In this document: in pieces, positions 60,801 through 64,000 of the stretch
How positions within the stretch are numbered: position 1 is the stretch's first letter
How the letters are laid out: each line of letters opens with the position of its first letter
Origin: Azolla caroliniana
Lineage: Eukaryota > Plantae > Polypodiophyta
Assembly (NCBI GenBank): GCA_043228905.1
Contig: JBHGNT010000007.1
Location: forward strand, 14,260,001-14,324,000
Direction: 5' to 3'
DNA length: 64,000 bases
Notes under the pieces: model-generated
Database searches by the model: none
What the model saw: only the letters and a program-made list of their open reading frames with translations
Told to the model about the DNA's origin: nothing
Position numbers and translations under genes: made by a program

Positions 60801-62104
60801 TACCATGCGGTCACAGTGCATGTTATGCCATTCCAGGTCGCACACTGGACCGATGTGAATATAACTTACTTAACCGGCAAGCAGCACCGGTAAGACAAAT
60901 CGATACCCGCAGCGACTGGGAAGAGGAAGAAGAACGTTGGCATCGAGACGAGCGTTACCGGCCAGTATAGGATATCCGGTACAACGACAGAAGGGACACT
61001 TATGACCAGGACCGGTACGACAGGTACCAAGATTATAATGGTGATCGTTCTGATCGCGATCACTCTCCAAGTTACAACCGAAGGAGAGAGGATCAGCGCG
61101 AGGATTACGAAGATCACCGCTGACAGGGATACAAGAAACACCGACATTTTAATAAGAAACAAAACACCCAAAAGGAGGAGCATCGGGAACTGGCAAAGGA
61201 ATACCCACGAGAGCCGGAGAGAGGCTTGAGTGGCACCTAGCCCGAACAAAGACGACTGGAAGAGCCTAATCGACCGGCAACAAGATTTCAACCAAGTACC
61301 AGGCCAAAAGCAAAATCCAGCAATACCTGGAAAGCGTATTTTTATTATTGCCGACAGGAAGGCCATTACAGCAACCAATGCCCGGTGAAAAGTAACGAAA
61401 AACGATCGGCAGTCAATATGGTGGTAGCAGAGGTTGCGGATATACAACAAGTCACCACCAGGTCAAAAGGAAAGATGACGGAGTGGGAAGCACAAGAGGC
61501 TATCCGGAAACAGGCCACCGAATGGGTAGAGAAGGCGAATGAATGGAATGCGGCCGAAGTCAAACAACAAAAGGAGGCACCGACGGAGCTCACTGACACA
61601 ATACAGTCAGAAAACCCAACATGGCAAGCATTATAGGAATGTCAAATTATGTTGCCATTAGGCCGGCTACTACAATTAGTACCCCAGTTCACGGATGGAC
61701 TGAAATCAACAATAATGCCACCAGACTCGTCGCTGACTCCGACTTTCTTTTCCAACCCAGAGGAAGGGCTGGCAGTGGTGGACACAAGAAGTCTGGTAAT
61801 CACTGCCATTGTCAAAGGACGCGAGCTACCAGGGACGATCGTCGATGGAGGATCGGGTGTCAATGTAATCAGCCTCTGTTCTTGTGACACCCTCGGAATC
61901 CAGGAGTGGGAGCCTTGCCCGTTTTGGCTCCGGATGGCAGATATGAGTTCGGTAAGACCCACTAGGTTAATACGAGATCTGGAGGTAACAATTGGAGGAC
62001 ATGCATTCCGCATTTCTGCGGTGGTTCTCCAGTTAAATACCCAAGGGGCTTACCCACTATTGCTTGGACGACCATGGTTGCGGACGACTCACATTAAGCA
62101 AAAC
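56920..62104 (+). mobile_element. Athila-like Ty3/gypsy element E (relative of D): 5' LTR 56920-57401, gag-protease pieces ~57453-57776 and ~59915-62104; interrupted by F and G, 3' part outside the window
   Basis: LTR TGTTGACCGG...GTAACA and the same PBS-like TGGCGACCACGATTCC at 57409. The gag motifs DPDAEVHVYAFLQTWEANHVSQ and the protease motif TIVDGGSGVNVIS are homologous to D. Confidence 0.88.
57777..59915 (-). mobile_element. Element F fragment: gag (zinc knuckle)-protease, PPT and 3' LTR (58451 to ~57777, ending in a (TC)n tract)
   Basis: The minus frame reads RRCMWCDSIYHQKKDC...FKLASDT*ATT...ALIDHGSQINMMS...YPVILGQPY...FQDFG*. It is followed by AGAGGGGGTGGG (58463-58452) and TGTCGTGAAG at 58451. 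Confidence 0.8.
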
Positions 62105-64000
62105 TGTTGAGAGACAAGCTCAACATTTGTGCGTAATACAATGCGTAACCAGTGCGTAGACTGGATGCATAAAACTGGTACCCAGACCGGTGCGTAGAAA
62201 GGCCGTATCGGTGCATAGACCGGAAGGCCGTTAGAAAGATATTCCTTGTAAGGAATAGTTTTGGGAGTAAGTGTCGAGGCTCATTTATGAGCAGTCAAGT
62301 ACTGTCAGTACTTGTGTTAGCCGTGTTCAGGGCTTGTATAAAAGTGCTCACTGAGCACATCCTATGTACAGATTGAGTATTATTTTCGAATTTAAGTTCT
62401 AGTGTTACTCTCTCTCTGTCTCTCCCGTGCGTATAGTGAAAACCTAAGCTTTCCATTAAACCTGCGTTTTCTATTGTTCGGTTTTCCTATATTGCTTCTA
62501 CACGCCATTCTTTTCATGGTATCAGAGCGAGAGGGTTGAGAACCTCTGCAACTGACTTTGCTTGAAGGAAAAACCAATGAAGAAGAACAAGAAAACCGAT
62601 GGACAGAGGAATGGCTAGCTCGCTTCCAACGGAGAAGCTCGACAGAACCAACTACGCATCTTGGTCCTACAAGATGCACCAATACCTGCTCGGACACGGT
62701 TACTAGAGCTATGTCGATGGAGCAAATGACACAGCACCCGATTCGACACACAAAGACTTCCCGGCGTGGGAACAATCGGCGAGCAGAGTGCTATACTGCT
62801 TCGCGTCTTGTGTGGGTGAACAACTGCTAAGCTACGTTCGGGATGCAAAAACGCCGAAGGGTGCATGGGAAAATCTGAAGAAGATTTTCGCCGCGAGCAC
62901 CACAACCAGGAAGCTTCAGCTTCGACATGAGTTGAGCAACCTATGACAACGCGATTTGTCGGTGGCTGACTATACCTCGAGGATTAAGGACATATGCGAC
63001 TCCTTAGCTTCCATCGATGTGAGCATCGAGGAAAGCGAGATGGTCCAGGTCTGTCTCGGGGGTTTGGCATCAAAGTTCGAGGTGTTCCAAACTGCAGTAA
63101 GTACCCGGGAGAATACGCCGTCCTTTTTCGACTTACAGTTGATGCTCCTGGTAGAGGAGAACCACGCGGGTGCGTCGACGAGCACGCACACCGACAACAA
63201 GATGTTGTACACGGAGGGAGAAAGGCCCCGTGGTTGTGGCGGATGAGGTGAGTCGGTACGCAATGGAGATGGCCGACGGGCTCAAGGAAGAAGGCACCGA
63301 AGTGATGCCGATAGCAATTCCGGACCCTCCGAAAACATGGGGAGTTGAGGCGACGAGAACCAGAAAGGGAAATCCGCCACGGAATGTTGGTACTGTGGCA
63401 AGAAAGGCCACAGGGAGAGCGAGTGCTGGAAGAAGCGCGCCGAGTTGGAGAGGTCTGGTTCCAGACATACCAACAAAGGAAATCGGCAGCAATCGCACTA
63501 CGCCGAAGGATCCAGAAAAGCCGAAAAAGGGCCAGTCTTCGTGACGAGACACGAAGCAAACTCAATGAAACAGTCCACCCCAAAATCAGACGAGGTGTGG
63601 TATGTCGACTCCGGCGTATCAAACCACATGACGTGCCACAAGGAGTGGTTCTCATACCTTGAGAAACTGACACAACCAGGAGTAGTCGCAACTGGAGACG
63701 ACACTCCGCATCCGATCGCGAATGTCAGTGAAGTTCCCTTGAGCCATGTCAGGCAGAAAGGGAAACTTATGAACGTGTTACACGTCCCGACCATCACGAA
63801 GAATCTGGTGTCGGTCGGGCAGATCGTCGACCAGGGGATGCAGGTTCGGTTTACGCATCTTGGGTGCTTCATTGAGGAAGAAGGCCGTATTATTGCGCAA
63901 GGGCGCAGAGATGGGAGGATGTTTATCCTCGACTCTACTGACGGTGGCACCGCAATGTTCGCGAAGGGACAAAAAGACGAGTCGGACATCGACTTATTGC
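62105..64000 (+). mobile_element. Ty1/copia element G (relative of A/B/C) nested in E. 5' LTR 62105-62516, PBS 62517, gag from 62599; runs off the window
   Basis: LTR TGTTGAG...TTTTCA and PBS TGGTATCAGAGC. Gag reads MDRGMASSLPTEKLDRTNYASWSYKM, followed by CWYCGKKGHRESEC and WYVDSGVSNHMT. Confidence 0.92.

Overview
Eukaryotic plant genomic DNA. The retroelement lineages suggest a non-seed plant such as a fern or lycophyte, but that is inference. There is one host gene, a 6-exon D-type cyclin on the minus strand (7438-10739, 454 aa, LxCxE motif). Almost everything else is decayed, nested retrotransposons. An L1-type LINE (~20.7-53.1 kb) is split by a 26.7-kb stack. Copia A (21333-48014) contains Copia B, a 1.56-kb solo LTR and Copia C. 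The 5' LTR of Copia C in turn holds a 9.95-kb Athila-like Gypsy element (D) with a large extra ORF. At the right end, a Tcn1-like chromovirus fragment is interrupted by a second Athila-like element (E), which contains an antisense gag-protease-only element (F) and another Copia (G). The most unusual signals are: (i) an LTR family carrying two divergent tRNA-derived segments, (ii) a ~970-codon non-env extra ORF with its own candidate promoter, (iii) a Copia family whose pol runs ~180 codons past RNase H to a second PPT, and (iv) a ladder of hairpins with compensatory changes in the Copia LTRs. All coordinates were read by eye and no database searches were run.
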